Part shown: positions 47,364 through 57,616 of the stretch, piece by piece | How positions within the stretch are numbered: position 1 is the first letter of the stretch | Layout of the letters: each line of letters starts with the position of its first letter | Source of the DNA: Gemmatales bacterium | GTDB lineage: Bacteria > Planctomycetota > Planctomycetia > Gemmatales > HRBIN36 | Length of the DNA: 64,000 nucleotides | Direction: 5' to 3' | Assembly: GCA_041640595.1 (NCBI GenBank) | Contig: JBEPZY010000004.1 | Location: 258,373 to 322,372, forward strand | The notes under the pieces: generated by a model | Databases searched by the model: none | The model's input: the letters and a program-made list of their open reading frames with translations, nothing else | Told to the model about the DNA's origin: nothing | Position numbers and translations under genes: made by a program

Positions 47364-48683
47364 TTAGCCGATCAGGGCTTCGATAACTTTGCCTTCGCGG
47401 AAGAGCGGCATCGGTCGGCCCGTATTGGTGCGGAGTTCGTAATGCGGATCGAGACCGAGCAGGCTGAACATGGTGGCGCAGACATCGTCCGGGGTGCACG
47501 GATTGGTAGCCGGCACCATGCCCTGAGCATCGGTCGAGCCGTATACGAATCCGCCTTTGAATCCGCCACCCGCCAGGAGGACGGCCATAGACCGGCCCCA
47601 GTGATCGCGTCCGGCCCGCTGGTTGATCTTGGGTGTGCGGTTGAACTCACCGGCCACATAGACGATCGTGCTTTCCAGCAAGCCGCGCTGAGCCAGGTCT
47701 TCGATCAGAGCCGAGACCGTGCGATCCACCGGCGGGAGCAGTCGCTGTTTGAGCGAGGTGAAGTTATTGGAATGCGTATCCCAGCCACCAGTCCCAATAG
47801 TTACGAAGCGGACGCCAGCTTCGATCAGCCGTCGCGCTGCCAGTGCAGCCTGGCCGAAACTATCCTGGCCGTAGCGAGCGCGGAGCGCTGCTGGTTCCTG
47901 GTCCAGGTCAAACGCTTTCTTGGTCTTATCGGAACGCAGGATGTCGAGCGCTTGCTGATGGAAGCGATCCAGACCGGCGGCGAGGTCGGCAGCCTCGTCC
48001 AGGGTTCGGAAGCCACTGTCAATGGTTTCCAGCAACTTATTGCGATTTTCCAGGTCTTCCAGGGAAAAACCGGTCGGCAAGGAAATGCCGCGTACCCGCA
48101 TGTTCTTGCTGCCGGGCTGGCCTTCGACTTCGAATGGATTGTAAGCCGTGCCAAGATAGCCACCACCGCCGGCGTTGCCGTTGCGCAGCAGGCCGAAGGT
48201 TACGTAAGGTGGTACGCCTTTCGGCGTGGGCAGCACTTTGGCGCAGATCGAGCCGAGCGACGGGTATTTCAGCGACAACGACGGCCGGTTGCCCGTGGTC
48301 ATATACAGGGTGCCCAGCTCGTGGGCCCCGATGTTGTGATAGAGCGAGCGGACGATGGTGCACTTGTCCATGACCTTGGCCATCATGGGCAAATGCTCGC
48401 AAATTTCGATGCCCGGAACGTTGGTTTTGATGGGTTTGAACTCGCCACGAATGCCTTCGGGCGCTTCGGGTTTGAGGTCCCACATGTCAATCGTAGCCGG
48501 GCCACCGGCGAGCCAGACCATGATGATACTCTTGGCCTTGGCACGAGCACGGGATTGCGGCGAAGCCTGCGCTTCCAACCGCAGCAATTCCGGCAGCGTC
48601 AGTCCCAGCAGACCGGCCGTGCCAATCTTGAGAAAATCCCGGCGATGGAAACCTTCGCAGTCAGTCCAGGTACGAGCGGCCAT
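47364..48683 (-). CDS. DUF1501 domain protein with Tat signal
   Basis: RRDFLKIG, GGPATIDMWDLKP, ARRLIEAGVRFV, GWDTH, GEFNRTPKIN..GRDHW. Confidence 0.93.
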   Translation of the reverse strand: MAARTWTDCEGFHRRDFLKIGTAGLLGLTLPELLRLEAQASPQSRARAKAKSIIMVWLAGGPATIDMWDLKPEAPEGIRGEFKPIKTNVPGIEICEHLPMMAKVMDKCTIVRSLYHNIGAHELGTLYMTTGNRPSLSLKYPSLGSICAKVLPTPKGVPPYVTFGLLRNGNAGGGGYLGTAYNPFEVEGQPGSKNMRVRGISLPTGFSLEDLENRNKLLETIDSGFRTLDEAADLAAGLDRFHQQALDILRSDKTKKAFDLDQEPAALRARYGQDSFGQAALAARRLIEAGVRFVTIGTGGWDTHSNNFTSLKQRLLPPVDRTVSALIEDLAQRGLLESTIVYVAGEFNRTPKINQRAGRDHWGRSMAVLLAGGGFKGGFVYGSTDAQGMVPATNPCTPDDVCATMFSLLGLDPHYELRTNTGRPMPLFREGKVIEALIG

Positions 48684-48801
48684 GGTACAGTCCTCACTGG
48701 CCCTGGAGGGATAGCGGGATGGTGGGAGCAATTGGCCAGGGCTTTCCCGCATGCTCCCGGTTTGGCCGACCCCCAACCCGTTGGGGCCGGCAGGAGGGTT
48801 G

Positions 48802-51213
48802 TCAATGGTTCAGCACAAATTCCCGCGAATTCACCAGCGCCCAAAGCAAATCGCTGAAGGCCGACTGCCGGCCTCGCTTCGCCAAGTGCGCCAGCGCTTC
48901 GCTTTTTTCCCGTTCGGTCGGATAGCGACACAGCGTCGCCAGGAAGAGTTCTTCCACAATCTCGGCGTCAGGCTTATTGGATTTGAGTAGCTGCGGCAAG
49001 CGACCGGTTTCGATTTTCCGCAGCACTGCTGTCTCGGTCATCAAAAACAGGGTTTGCGGCAGGGCCGGTTCCGGGGAACGCTCGCATTCGCAGGTGGTCA
49101 ATCGCTGCGGCCTGCCGAAGACCCGGAAAGCTAACGCCGCGGTAGTGTTCTGAGTCAATCGGTTCGGCGCCACTTCGATGGCCTTGATCCCGCGAGGCAC
49201 ATCCGGCCCGAAGTCCTCGCTGGTACCCAGAGCACAATTCAGCACGTCCACGAACACCTCGGCCATCATCCGCCGCGGATAGGCACGGGAATAGTTGTTC
49301 CGGTCGTGGACGTTGTACTGGTTGGGCTTGCTGCTTCGCTGATAGGTCGCGGATTGCAAAATCGTGCGTTCGAGATGGCGGATGTCGAACTTGTGGGCAA
49401 TGAAATCCTGGGCCAGTGCTTGCAGCAGCTTTTCGTTGGCGGGTGGATTCGCGGCAGAGAAACTGTCCACCGGCTCGACCAGACCCACACCGAAATAATG
49501 GGCCCATACCCGATTCACAAACGATGGGGCGAAATACGGATTATCCGGTTGCACCAGCCAGCGGAACAACTGTTCGCGGCAGTCGCCATCGTAAGTGAAT
49601 TCCGGGCCACCCGGGGCTTTCGGCGGCAGCATGTCGTTGGTATCGGGATGCGGCAACCGTCGCAACGCTGTGTTATCTACGTAAATCTCCCGGATAGTCG
49701 GCAGCTGTTGCGGTTTGGCAGCACCCGCCTGTTTGCGAAGTTCCGCATTCGCCCTCTGGATCGCTTCTTGGGAGTCCCTGGGGATACCGAACTTCACCTG
49801 GGCAAAAATGTTGGCGTATTGCCGATAATCCACCTGCGACCAGCGGTCGAACGGGTGCTTGTGGCACTGGGCACACTCGATGCGAATGCCCAGAAATGCC
49901 GCTGCGGTATGTTCGGCCATCTCCTCGATCGGGAAATTGAAGTTGTTCCCCTGCACCCGCCGCCAGAACAGGTCGAGCGATTTGCGATCGGCATAGTTGC
50001 TCTCAAAGCCCTGACTGAGTTGCCGCTCGAATTCTACTGCCTTCTTGACATACTCCTCGGGCGGCAGACCATCGCGACTGGTGGCGCACAAAATACCGCG
50101 AACGATTTCGTCATAAGGAACATTTTCGGCAATGCGCTTGCGGAACCAGTCGTGCCAGGCTTTGGCTCGCCGTGGCCGCAGTTGAACCGGCTGCTCCATG
50201 CGATCCACGTTGTTGCCGGTAATATCGCAGAACTTGGTCGCCCACAGCGCGGCATGGAGCGGATGATGCAGCAACTCTTCGATCTTGCGGTTCCGCTTAT
50301 CGGGACTCTTGTCGGCCAGGAACTGCCGCACTTCGCCCGGCGTCGGCAACTGACCGATCGTGTCAATATAGACGCGACGCAGGAACTCCTCATCCGAAGC
50401 CAGTTCCGACGGCACCAGGTTCAGCTTCCGAAGTTTCTCCAGAACCAGCTCGTCAATGAAATTGTGCGTCGGCACCCTGGGGAAAACGAATCCTTTTTCC
50501 ACCGGCACCGGCAGGATCACTCGCGCTGTCGCCACCAGCCCGCGATAACCGACGATCACCACCGTGTCGCCCGGTCGCACGATTTTCACGACACCGCCAG
50601 GAGCCACTTCCGCCACATAATCGTCGAGGATGCGGTAGTCGGCAAACTGTGCCAGGTTTTCCTCGCTGCCGTCGCTGAAGCGAACCAGCAACCGGAACTG
50701 CTTTTCCTCACCGGGCTGAGCGAAAACATGCTCGGCCGGTTCCAATCGCATTCCCGCCACCTGTCGAGCACGGCTGGCCTGATCAAACGGTGCTCCCCGG
50801 GCAATCCATTCGCGGAAAATCCGATACTGCCAGGAGCCTTTCGCAAACCGCTGACTGCCCCCATGAGGAACCGCACCGGTGGCTTTCAGCAGCAGCAGGC
50901 TCTGATCAGGGTCCACGACATTGATTCGCCGACCGTTACCGTCCCGCGTGATGGCCAGGTAATCTTTCTCCGGCGAGTAACCGAACAGGCTCAGGAAGAA
51001 GCCACCCTTGCCCTGAAACGAACCGTGACAGCCGCCGGAATTGCAACCGTGTCGGCTCAGCAAGCCCATAATGTGTTTAGCAAAGTCCGGCTCCTGGACG
51101 GTAGTGCCATCGGGTAGTTGGATTGGTTCGGCAAAAAGCCTGTTCGGCACGCTCAGCCACACGACAGCCAGAATGGTCCCGGCCAACCAGCGTCCAACCG
51201 CAGCGTTTCGCAT
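48802..51213 (-). CDS. DUF1549/DUF1553 domain protein (planctomycete cytochrome-like)
   Basis: Signal peptide; GCNSGGCHG, EFLRRVYIDTIG, CAQCHKHPFDRW, VNRVWAHYFGVGLV, CECER, WALVNSREF. Confidence 0.93.
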   Translation of the reverse strand: MRNAAVGRWLAGTILAVVWLSVPNRLFAEPIQLPDGTTVQEPDFAKHIMGLLSRHGCNSGGCHGSFQGKGGFFLSLFGYSPEKDYLAITRDGNGRRINVVDPDQSLLLLKATGAVPHGGSQRFAKGSWQYRIFREWIARGAPFDQASRARQVAGMRLEPAEHVFAQPGEEKQFRLLVRFSDGSEENLAQFADYRILDDYVAEVAPGGVVKIVRPGDTVVIVGYRGLVATARVILPVPVEKGFVFPRVPTHNFIDELVLEKLRKLNLVPSELASDEEFLRRVYIDTIGQLPTPGEVRQFLADKSPDKRNRKIEELLHHPLHAALWATKFCDITGNNVDRMEQPVQLRPRRAKAWHDWFRKRIAENVPYDEIVRGILCATSRDGLPPEEYVKKAVEFERQLSQGFESNYADRKSLDLFWRRVQGNNFNFPIEEMAEHTAAAFLGIRIECAQCHKHPFDRWSQVDYRQYANIFAQVKFGIPRDSQEAIQRANAELRKQAGAAKPQQLPTIREIYVDNTALRRLPHPDTNDMLPPKAPGGPEFTYDGDCREQLFRWLVQPDNPYFAPSFVNRVWAHYFGVGLVEPVDSFSAANPPANEKLLQALAQDFIAHKFDIRHLERTILQSATYQRSSKPNQYNVHDRNNYSRAYPRRMMAEVFVDVLNCALGTSEDFGPDVPRGIKAIEVAPNRLTQNTTAALAFRVFGRPQRLTTCECERSPEPALPQTLFLMTETAVLRKIETGRLPQLLKSNKPDAEIVEELFLATLCRYPTEREKSEALAHLAKRGRQSAFSDLLWALVNSREFVLNH

Positions 51214-51413
51214 GGGAATCCTCCAGGCGGGTCAGTAAAGGCGGGATGGTTTGCGTGGATAGGAGGCGATATTGCTAAGGCAGCTCGCTTGGCAGTCCGA
51301 TCACTCTTTTGTATCTTAGTTCCTGGCGTTGCCAAGTCCAGTCCGGACACTTTTATCCGCTGTCTTTAACCCCATTCTCAGAAAAAAGTATCGGCAAAAT
51401 TTCCCTGGTCAAG

Positions 51414-52619
51414 TCAGCGAAGCGAGTAGCGCAGTTCCAGCCGTTTTCCGTTACGCAGCACCTGCAGGGTAATGGTGTCGCCAACCAGATAATTCTGCCG
51501 CACGTAGGCCAGGAGATTTTCGCCTGGCCCCTGGAGGGTAACACCATCCACGGCCAGCAAGACATCGCCGGGCTGCAGACCGGCCCGGATCAGCGATTCG
51601 TGCAACCGCCCGACCAACCGTAACGCGGCCTGCTGCTGTCTCAGTCCCAGCTGAGCTTTTTCCCCAGGCGAAAGGTCTTCTCCCGCTATGGGTAATGCTG
51701 GCAACAAATCCAGCAACGACGGTCGCCAGGTGATATTGGTCTTGCGCCACCCAGCTGAGACCCGCAATTCACCTTGCTGCACGTGCCCGTTTCGCTCCCA
51801 GATAATCGGAATGCTGCCCTGAGCCGGAGCTTTGTGCAGGGCATAGCTGACATCGGCAAAGGAAGCGACGGTATAGCCGTTGAGTCGAACGAGGCGATCT
51901 CCAGCACGCAGACCAGCACGAGCTGCCGGCGAATTTTCCAGGACCGCTTCAATTCGATCGCCGGCATCGTTGTCCAGCACCAGACCGACATTCTCCGGCA
52001 ACGGGTAAACCCAGATACTGTCGCGTTGCCAGGTTCCGGCGGCCGATTCGGCGGCGCGGCGAAATTCGTTGATGTTGTGACAGTGGATGCAACCGCGATG
52101 CTGTTTGGCTGCGGGATAATCTTCAGCACGCAGCGGGCGGCCTGCTAAACGTGTTGGCGGAGGTGGCTGCCGATGCTGCTCCAGCGCCCGTTCCATTGCG
52201 TAGCGCAGCCCTTTCCAGGAAAACCGTGCTTCCGCGCCCCGCGCGTCTCGACCACCGTATCGCCCGTAAATGGTTTCGTCGGCGTTCAGGAAAAACGCAT
52301 ACCAGGTGACATCGTAATCGAACTCGAAGCGGCGCAGGTCCATTCCTTCGATGCGCGTCAGACGCACGCGCACGAACTGCCGGGCCACTTCCGCAATTTC
52401 CGGATGCAGACGCACCACCTGGGCGTCAATCTCGGCGCAGTCCGTTCACGGCTCACAGCGAAACACCAAAAAGATCGGTTTGCCCGTCCGTCGCGCTTCC
52501 GCCAGCGCTGCTGGGTAACTCGTCAACCAGCCATAGCGACCAGCGTCCGGTTTCGCTGGCGCCAGGTTTCCCGCCAGGATCGCACAATAGCTGAAGATGG
52601 CAGCGTGAAAACAGCTCAT
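51414..52619 (-). CDS. Thioredoxin-like/PDZ selenoprotein (CxxUxxC, CxxCH, two PDZ-like domains), 401 aa with Sec at codon 58
   Basis: GGAG RBS and ATG at 52619 give MSCFHAA...ALAEARRTGKPIFLVFRCEP-TGA-TDCAEIDAQVVRLHPE, in frame with the 334-aa ORF; TGA at 52446-52448. Confidence 0.88.
52399..52445 (-). promoter_or_regulatory. Putative bacterial SECIS element
   Basis: 3' of the UGA: GACGC-CC-AGGU-GG-U-GCGUC hairpin with apical loop 25 nt from UGA; possible lower stem GGA(C)UGC/GCAUCC. Confidence 0.65.
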
Positions 52620-52707
52620 CGTCTGACTCCGGTCGGAAAGTATTTGCCCGGGTCAGAGGCGCCATTTGTTGCTGTTGGGCCGCCCTCTCGTTTCGAGTAG
52701 TTTCGGT

Positions 52708-53391
52708 CTAAGGTTTGTCCTTTTTCTGGCCGGAATCCAGAACTTCCAGGCGCACGATGGCCGGGCCGTGTCCGGTTGCCACCCATTCCAGGTGTACCTT
52801 CGCCCCCACGGGAGCAGCTCGCACAGCCGCCAGCACTTCAGGGATCGGTGCCTGCAGTTTCGGATCGAACTGCACGAAGTAGGCGCGGGGTTTTTCTTCG
52901 CCGGGAGCCAGCACCTCGATCACCACGTTTTTGCCCTGCTCTTTCTTGCTGCAAATGGTGCCGGTCACTTTGCCCGAACGCTGTCCGGATGGACTAACTC
53001 CAGTCGCTTCCGGTTTGCCCTGGCTGTGGTGAGGCGAATCAGCTTTCTTCAGGATCTCGAGTTTGACCACCCGCGGTCGTTCCTCGAACTCCCATTCCAG
53101 ACGCACGCGGCTGCCGACCGGCGTGGCCCGAATATGTGCCAGCATCTCCTTATCGAATCCACCTCCCTGAGCAGGAGTTCCACCGCGCCAGTGCGGGACA
53201 TAACGCCGGGCTTTTTCTTCACCGTCGGCCCTGACCTCGATCCAGTTGTCCCCCTTTGCAGTAACTACGCCGACGACCGTGCCCTTGCGGTGAGGCGGTT
53301 TGTCGGGCTTGTCTTTCGCGGCGTCCGCTTGTGCCAGCAGCAAACCGGCGCCGCTCAGCAGAACCGATAGCACCACGGCAATCCGCAGCAT
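52708..53391 (-). CDS. Secreted hypothetical protein with an internally duplicated beta-rich domain
   Basis: AGGAG RBS, signal peptide; two copies of G.V.G...K....IEV.A.GEEK.R.Y...LA..RA.PVG..V.LEW....P..V.LE.L. Confidence 0.78.
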   Translation of the reverse strand: MLRIAVVLSVLLSGAGLLLAQADAAKDKPDKPPHRKGTVVGVVTAKGDNWIEVRADGEEKARRYVPHWRGGTPAQGGGFDKEMLAHIRATPVGSRVRLEWEFEERPRVVKLEILKKADSPHHSQGKPEATGVSPSGQRSGKVTGTICSKKEQGKNVVIEVLAPGEEKPRAYFVQFDPKLQAPIPEVLAAVRAAPVGAKVHLEWVATGHGPAIVRLEVLDSGQKKDKP

Positions 53392-53554
53392 GGGTGGGAC
53401 TCCTTGTTCGGGAGAGAATGCTGAGGCTATTGGGGCGGGACTCAGGAACATTTTAGCAAAACGGACGACCGGTCGGAAAGGGCGGCCGCTCTCGGTCGCC
53501 ACGACGGCGGCCGTGCGAAATATGCGTACTGCATCTGTGGATTCGAGACGTTGG

Positions 53555-54089
53555 CCACGGTGCGCTGACACCCGCCGTTCTCGGGGGTGTCCGCTTGCCG
53601 CCAAAAGTCGCATTTTCCCCCGTAATCGTGCACCTCGCCAACCACGGTGGGCTGACGCCCGCCGTTCTTGCGAACGTGCGTTTGTGCATCGCAAAAATCG
53701 TTATTTCGCCGGCAGACGTTCGCACTCCAACACAAGAGCGGGGGGCGTAAGCCCCCCGTGGCGCCTATAAACGCAATTGCAACGGCCATCCACGCACACG
53801 CACACCGTCGGCGATCTGCCGACGAACGACGCTCCTGTCCGCCGATACGCATTTGCCCGCCCACGGCGGGCTGACGCCCGCCGCTCTTGCGAACGTGCAT
53901 TTGTGTACCGCGAATGTCGTTATTTTTCAGCCGACCGGCACCGTGCAACAGGAGCGGCTGATGTAAGCCAGCCGTGGGAAACGTACCGAATCCGCAGATG
54001 GAAACGTGCCCGATCCGCAGGTGGAATACGCATATCACGCGCGGCGATCGCATTCCCCAACAGGAGCGGCTGCCGTAACCCAGCCGTGG
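53555..54089. repeat. REP-like palindrome cluster F (6 copies)
   Basis: REPs at 53555, 53642, 53733, 53861, 53949 and 54061. Confidence 0.9.
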
Positions 54090-54171
54090 TTTGCCGGTCG
54101 AATCCGCCAATCGTGAGAAGCCGTCGGTCATTGCAGCGTGACTTCGCGGCATCGTAAAGCGCAAGCCGGCG

Positions 54172-54480
54172 TCATTCAACCGCCACCTGGATTTCGTCGC
54201 CGACGACACGCACCGGATAGGAACCGATTTTCAGTCGGGGGTTGTCGGCCCAGGCACCGTCGGCGAGACGGAAGCGCCAGGCGTGCCAGGGACAGGTAAC
54301 AATGCCTTCCTCGACATAACCTTCCGCCAGCGAAGCCCCCATGTGCGGACAGGTGTCGTCAATGGCGAAGTATTGTCCGGCATGGCGAAAAACGGCGATT
54401 AACTTGCCGTTGACCTCGACGACACGAGCCGATTCGTCCGGCAGGTCTTCGACACGGAGCACGGAGCGAAATTCCGGCAT
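54172..54480 (-). CDS. Rieske (2Fe-2S) ferredoxin, NirD-like
   Basis: CPHMGASL and CPWHAWRF; GGAGG RBS before MPEFRS. Confidence 0.92.
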   Translation of the reverse strand: MPEFRSVLRVEDLPDESARVVEVNGKLIAVFRHAGQYFAIDDTCPHMGASLAEGYVEEGIVTCPWHAWRFRLADGAWADNPRLKIGSYPVRVVGDEIQVAVE

Positions 54481-54517
54481 CTCCACCTCCGAATCCGGGC
54501 CCATCTTGCCCGACCAG

Positions 54518-55846
54518 TTACGATTCCGCAACCGGTACGGTCTGGCCGATCAGGTAACCACGCAGGTCCTGGTAGATTTTATCGCAATACTCCTGCCAGC
54601 GCGGCAAGGGCATGCGGCCGATGTAGGTGATGAGCACTGTGACCAGTAACCGCGACTGTTGTTCGGAGGCAGAGCGGAGGTGAAGCTCGACCTCAAACGG
54701 TTTGCTCGAACGCCCAAACAGTCGGCCGAAAAAGCCCACCTGATCGGAGACATCATAGGGCGAATTCTTTCCGCCCAGCCGCAGGATGAGTTGATCGTGG
54801 GAATGCCAGGCCAGTTCGCCATGGACGTCCTGCACGAAGCCGCGAATTTTGTGGGCAGCCAGGGCCGAAGGCATCCAGGCGATCAGCGTGTACTGCCGGC
54901 AGAACGGCGATCGCGGTGCACGCACCGGTGCAGCAGAACCAACGGAGCCCGTCGCCAGGACTGACTGGTGCTCATCCGACGAGTGTGGCTGCGGTTCGCG
55001 GGCTTCCTGCAATGCCTGTTGAAACCGGCAGGCGACTTCCCAGGCGGAAGCGGGACGGTCTTCCGGACGTTTGGCCAGACAGCTGCGTACCACCGCTTCG
55101 ATCTCAGGAGGGACAAACACTTCCTCGCTGCTCATCGGAGGCGGATCTTCGTGCGTGTGGGCCAGCAACACGTCAATGGCCGTCTCTCCGACGAACGGCA
55201 AGCGACCGGTCAGCATCTGATAAACAATCACCCCCAGACTGTACAGGTCCGCGCGATGGTCGAGCGGTTCGTTGCGGATTTGTTCGGGGCTCATGTAATT
55301 GGGGGTGCCGACCAGGGCCGATTCTGCTCCCTGCGCTGCCAAACTACCCGCCCAGCGAAACAGCTCCGCCAGGCCGAAATCCAGAATTTTCACCTTTTCG
55401 TAAGGCGTGCTGGCTTCCACGAGCATGATGTTGCTCGGTTTCAGATCGCGGTGGAGAATCCCGTGATTATGAGCTGCCTGCAGCACCTCGCAGAGTTGCC
55501 CGAGCAATCGCGCGACCCGACCGGGTGAAAAACGTCCCTCGCGCTCTAAAACCGCATCCAGCGGTTGGCCACGCACATATTCCATCACCAGACAGGGGCC
55601 CTCCGGCGTATCCAGAGCGGCATCGTAGAGTGTAACGGCATAGGGATGCTGAAACCGCGCCAGCAAATACATCTCCTGCTGAAACCGTTCCCGAAAACCA
55701 GGATCGTGGGCCACTTCCTCGCGCATCAGTTTCAACACTACCGAGCGCGGCAAATCGAGCTGTCGGGCCAGATAGACCCGCCCCATGCCGCCGCGACCGA
55801 GTTCCTGAACAATCTCATATCGCCCCAGCACGATCTGCTGCTGCAT
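54518..55846 (-). CDS. Ser/Thr protein kinase
   Basis: GRGGMGRVY, VLK, HRDLKPSN, DFG, GTPNYMSPE, DLYSLG. Confidence 0.95.
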   Translation of the reverse strand: MQQQIVLGRYEIVQELGRGGMGRVYLARQLDLPRSVVLKLMREEVAHDPGFRERFQQEMYLLARFQHPYAVTLYDAALDTPEGPCLVMEYVRGQPLDAVLEREGRFSPGRVARLLGQLCEVLQAAHNHGILHRDLKPSNIMLVEASTPYEKVKILDFGLAELFRWAGSLAAQGAESALVGTPNYMSPEQIRNEPLDHRADLYSLGVIVYQMLTGRLPFVGETAIDVLLAHTHEDPPPMSSEEVFVPPEIEAVVRSCLAKRPEDRPASAWEVACRFQQALQEAREPQPHSSDEHQSVLATGSVGSAAPVRAPRSPFCRQYTLIAWMPSALAAHKIRGFVQDVHGELAWHSHDQLILRLGGKNSPYDVSDQVGFFGRLFGRSSKPFEVELHLRSASEQQSRLLVTVLITYIGRMPLPRWQEYCDKIYQDLRGYLIGQTVPVAES

Positions 55847-56382
55847 GAGTTTTCCGCTGGCGAAATTGTGTTATCGTGATCCAGGCGACGCTGCTTTCTC
55901 GCGTTGCCAGTAACCTGCACGATGCGTACAAGTATAGCTCAGCATTTCCCCGCTGGTCGGGAACTTCCCTTGGTTCTCCCTAGAGGCAAGCGTTACGGCG
56001 TGCCCGAAACCTGCGTCCGTTCTGGTGGCCGTGATCGCTGGCAGATGGTAAGTCAAGGCGAATGTGTGGGTGGCCGAAGTGGCGTCGCCACTTTGCAACG
56101 GTGGACGCCAGGTGGTCAGCGGAGGCTGTTTACCAGTAACTTTGATCAGCGGGCTGAACAGCCGTGATCCGCTGCCGGGATCGGCGGAGGTCGGGCAATA
56201 GATGAATCGTTACTGGCGAGAGCGTGGTTGCACTTCCGCCAGGTGGCAGCCATTGTAAAATGGTACGATTCAACGCGAAATTGTGTCCCGGCGATAGGCC
56301 GGCCAGTCCACGCACACCTGCTTGTGTCGTGCCCCCTTCTTGCGGCACAAAAAGCAGCGGCGATTGCTAGGCGAGGTCTGTC

Positions 56383-57381
56383 ATGGCTCAAACCAGCGCA
56401 ACCGGAACCCGGCTGCGAATCCTCTCCGGTGTCCAGCCGTCGGGCAAACTGCATCTCGGCAATTATTTCGGTGCCATCAAGCAGCACATCGAGCTGCAGG
56501 ACGAAGGCGAATGTTTTTACTTCATTGCCGATTTGCACGCTCTGACCACCATCCAGAATGCCGAGGAACTGCAGGCCAACGTCCGCGATGTCGCCCTCGA
56601 TTACCTCGCCCTCGGGCTGGACCCGAAGAAAACCGTCTTCTTCCGCCAATCGGACGTTCCGGAAGTAACGGAACTGGCCTGGATTTTTTCGACCGTCACG
56701 GGGATGGGCTTGCTGGAACGTGCCCATTCCTACAAGGACAAAGTGGCGCGAGGCTTGCCGGCCAGCGTCGGCTTGTTCTTCTACCCCGTGCTTATGGCAG
56801 CGGACATTCTGATTTACCGTTCTCACCTGGTGCCGGTCGGCCAGGATCAGGTCCAGCACCTGGAAATCACCCGCGACATTGCCGGCTATTTCAACCGTAC
56901 CTACGGCGAAATTTTTCCGCTGCCGGAATACCGACTCGGTCAGGCACCGGTGGTGCCCGGCCTGGACGGAAAAAAGATGAGCAAATCCTACGGCAACACC
57001 ATCGAAATTTTCGCCGAGGGCAAGGAACTGAAAAAGAAAGTGATGAGCATCGTTACCGACAGCACACCGCTGGAAGCCCCCAAAGACCCCGATAAGTGCA
57101 CCGTTTTCAAGTTGTATTCGCTCTTCGCCACACCGCAGGAACAGCAGGAACTGGCCGAAAAGTATCGTGCCGGCGGTTTCGGTTACGGTCAGGCCAAACA
57201 GATGCTTTACGAGAAGATCGAGCAGTACTTCGCAGCGGCACGCCAGCGACGCCGGGAACTGGCGAAAGAGCCGGGACTGGTCGAAGAGGTGCTGCGTCAG
57301 GGCGCAGCCCGTGCTCGTGCCGAAGCTCGCGCCACTATGGCCCTGGTCCGCCGTGCCGTCGGCCTCAACCCACCGCCGTAA
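56383..57381 (+). CDS. trpS: Tryptophanyl-tRNA synthetase
   Basis: SGVQPSGKLHLGNY, IADLHALT, YPVLMAADIL, VGQDQVQHLE, KMSKSYGN. Confidence 0.97.
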   Translation: MAQTSATGTRLRILSGVQPSGKLHLGNYFGAIKQHIELQDEGECFYFIADLHALTTIQNAEELQANVRDVALDYLALGLDPKKTVFFRQSDVPEVTELAWIFSTVTGMGLLERAHSYKDKVARGLPASVGLFFYPVLMAADILIYRSHLVPVGQDQVQHLEITRDIAGYFNRTYGEIFPLPEYRLGQAPVVPGLDGKKMSKSYGNTIEIFAEGKELKKKVMSIVTDSTPLEAPKDPDKCTVFKLYSLFATPQEQQELAEKYRAGGFGYGQAKQMLYEKIEQYFAAARQRRRELAKEPGLVEEVLRQGAARARAEARATMALVRRAVGLNPPP

Positions 57382-57525
57382 ACCATCCGCATGCTCCGGC
57401 AAAACAAAATCAACGGCTAGACCTGGACAATTCAACCCCCTCCGTAAGCCATCCGCACTCGCCGTCGCTTGCTTATTCCCCGACTGGGTTACTGAACCAT
57501 TCACCTCCTCTCTAAACCAACCGCA
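57365..57525. repeat. Three degenerate ~27-nt copies of the trpS 3' end spaced 66-68 bp apart
   Basis: TCAACCCACCGCCGTAAACCATCCGCA (57365), TCAACCCCCTCCGTAAGCCATCCGCA (57432), TCACCTCCTCTCTAAACCAACCGCA (57501). Confidence 0.75.
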
Positions 57526-57616
57526 CCCCCGGACTTAGTTGCTCGAACAACAGGTTAGCCGTCGGCCCGCACCGATCTCGATAAACCTTCCGTACCTCCA
57601 GGCCCAACCGCTTCAC

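Noticed and set aside
52453..52665. 70-aa ORF upstream of the PDZ gene
   Set aside because: Wrong frame; the region is the N-terminus of the selenoprotein read through TGA.
55850..56382. T-box or attenuator leader for trpS
   Set aside because: No T-box consensus, Trp-rich leader peptide or U-tailed terminator is visible.
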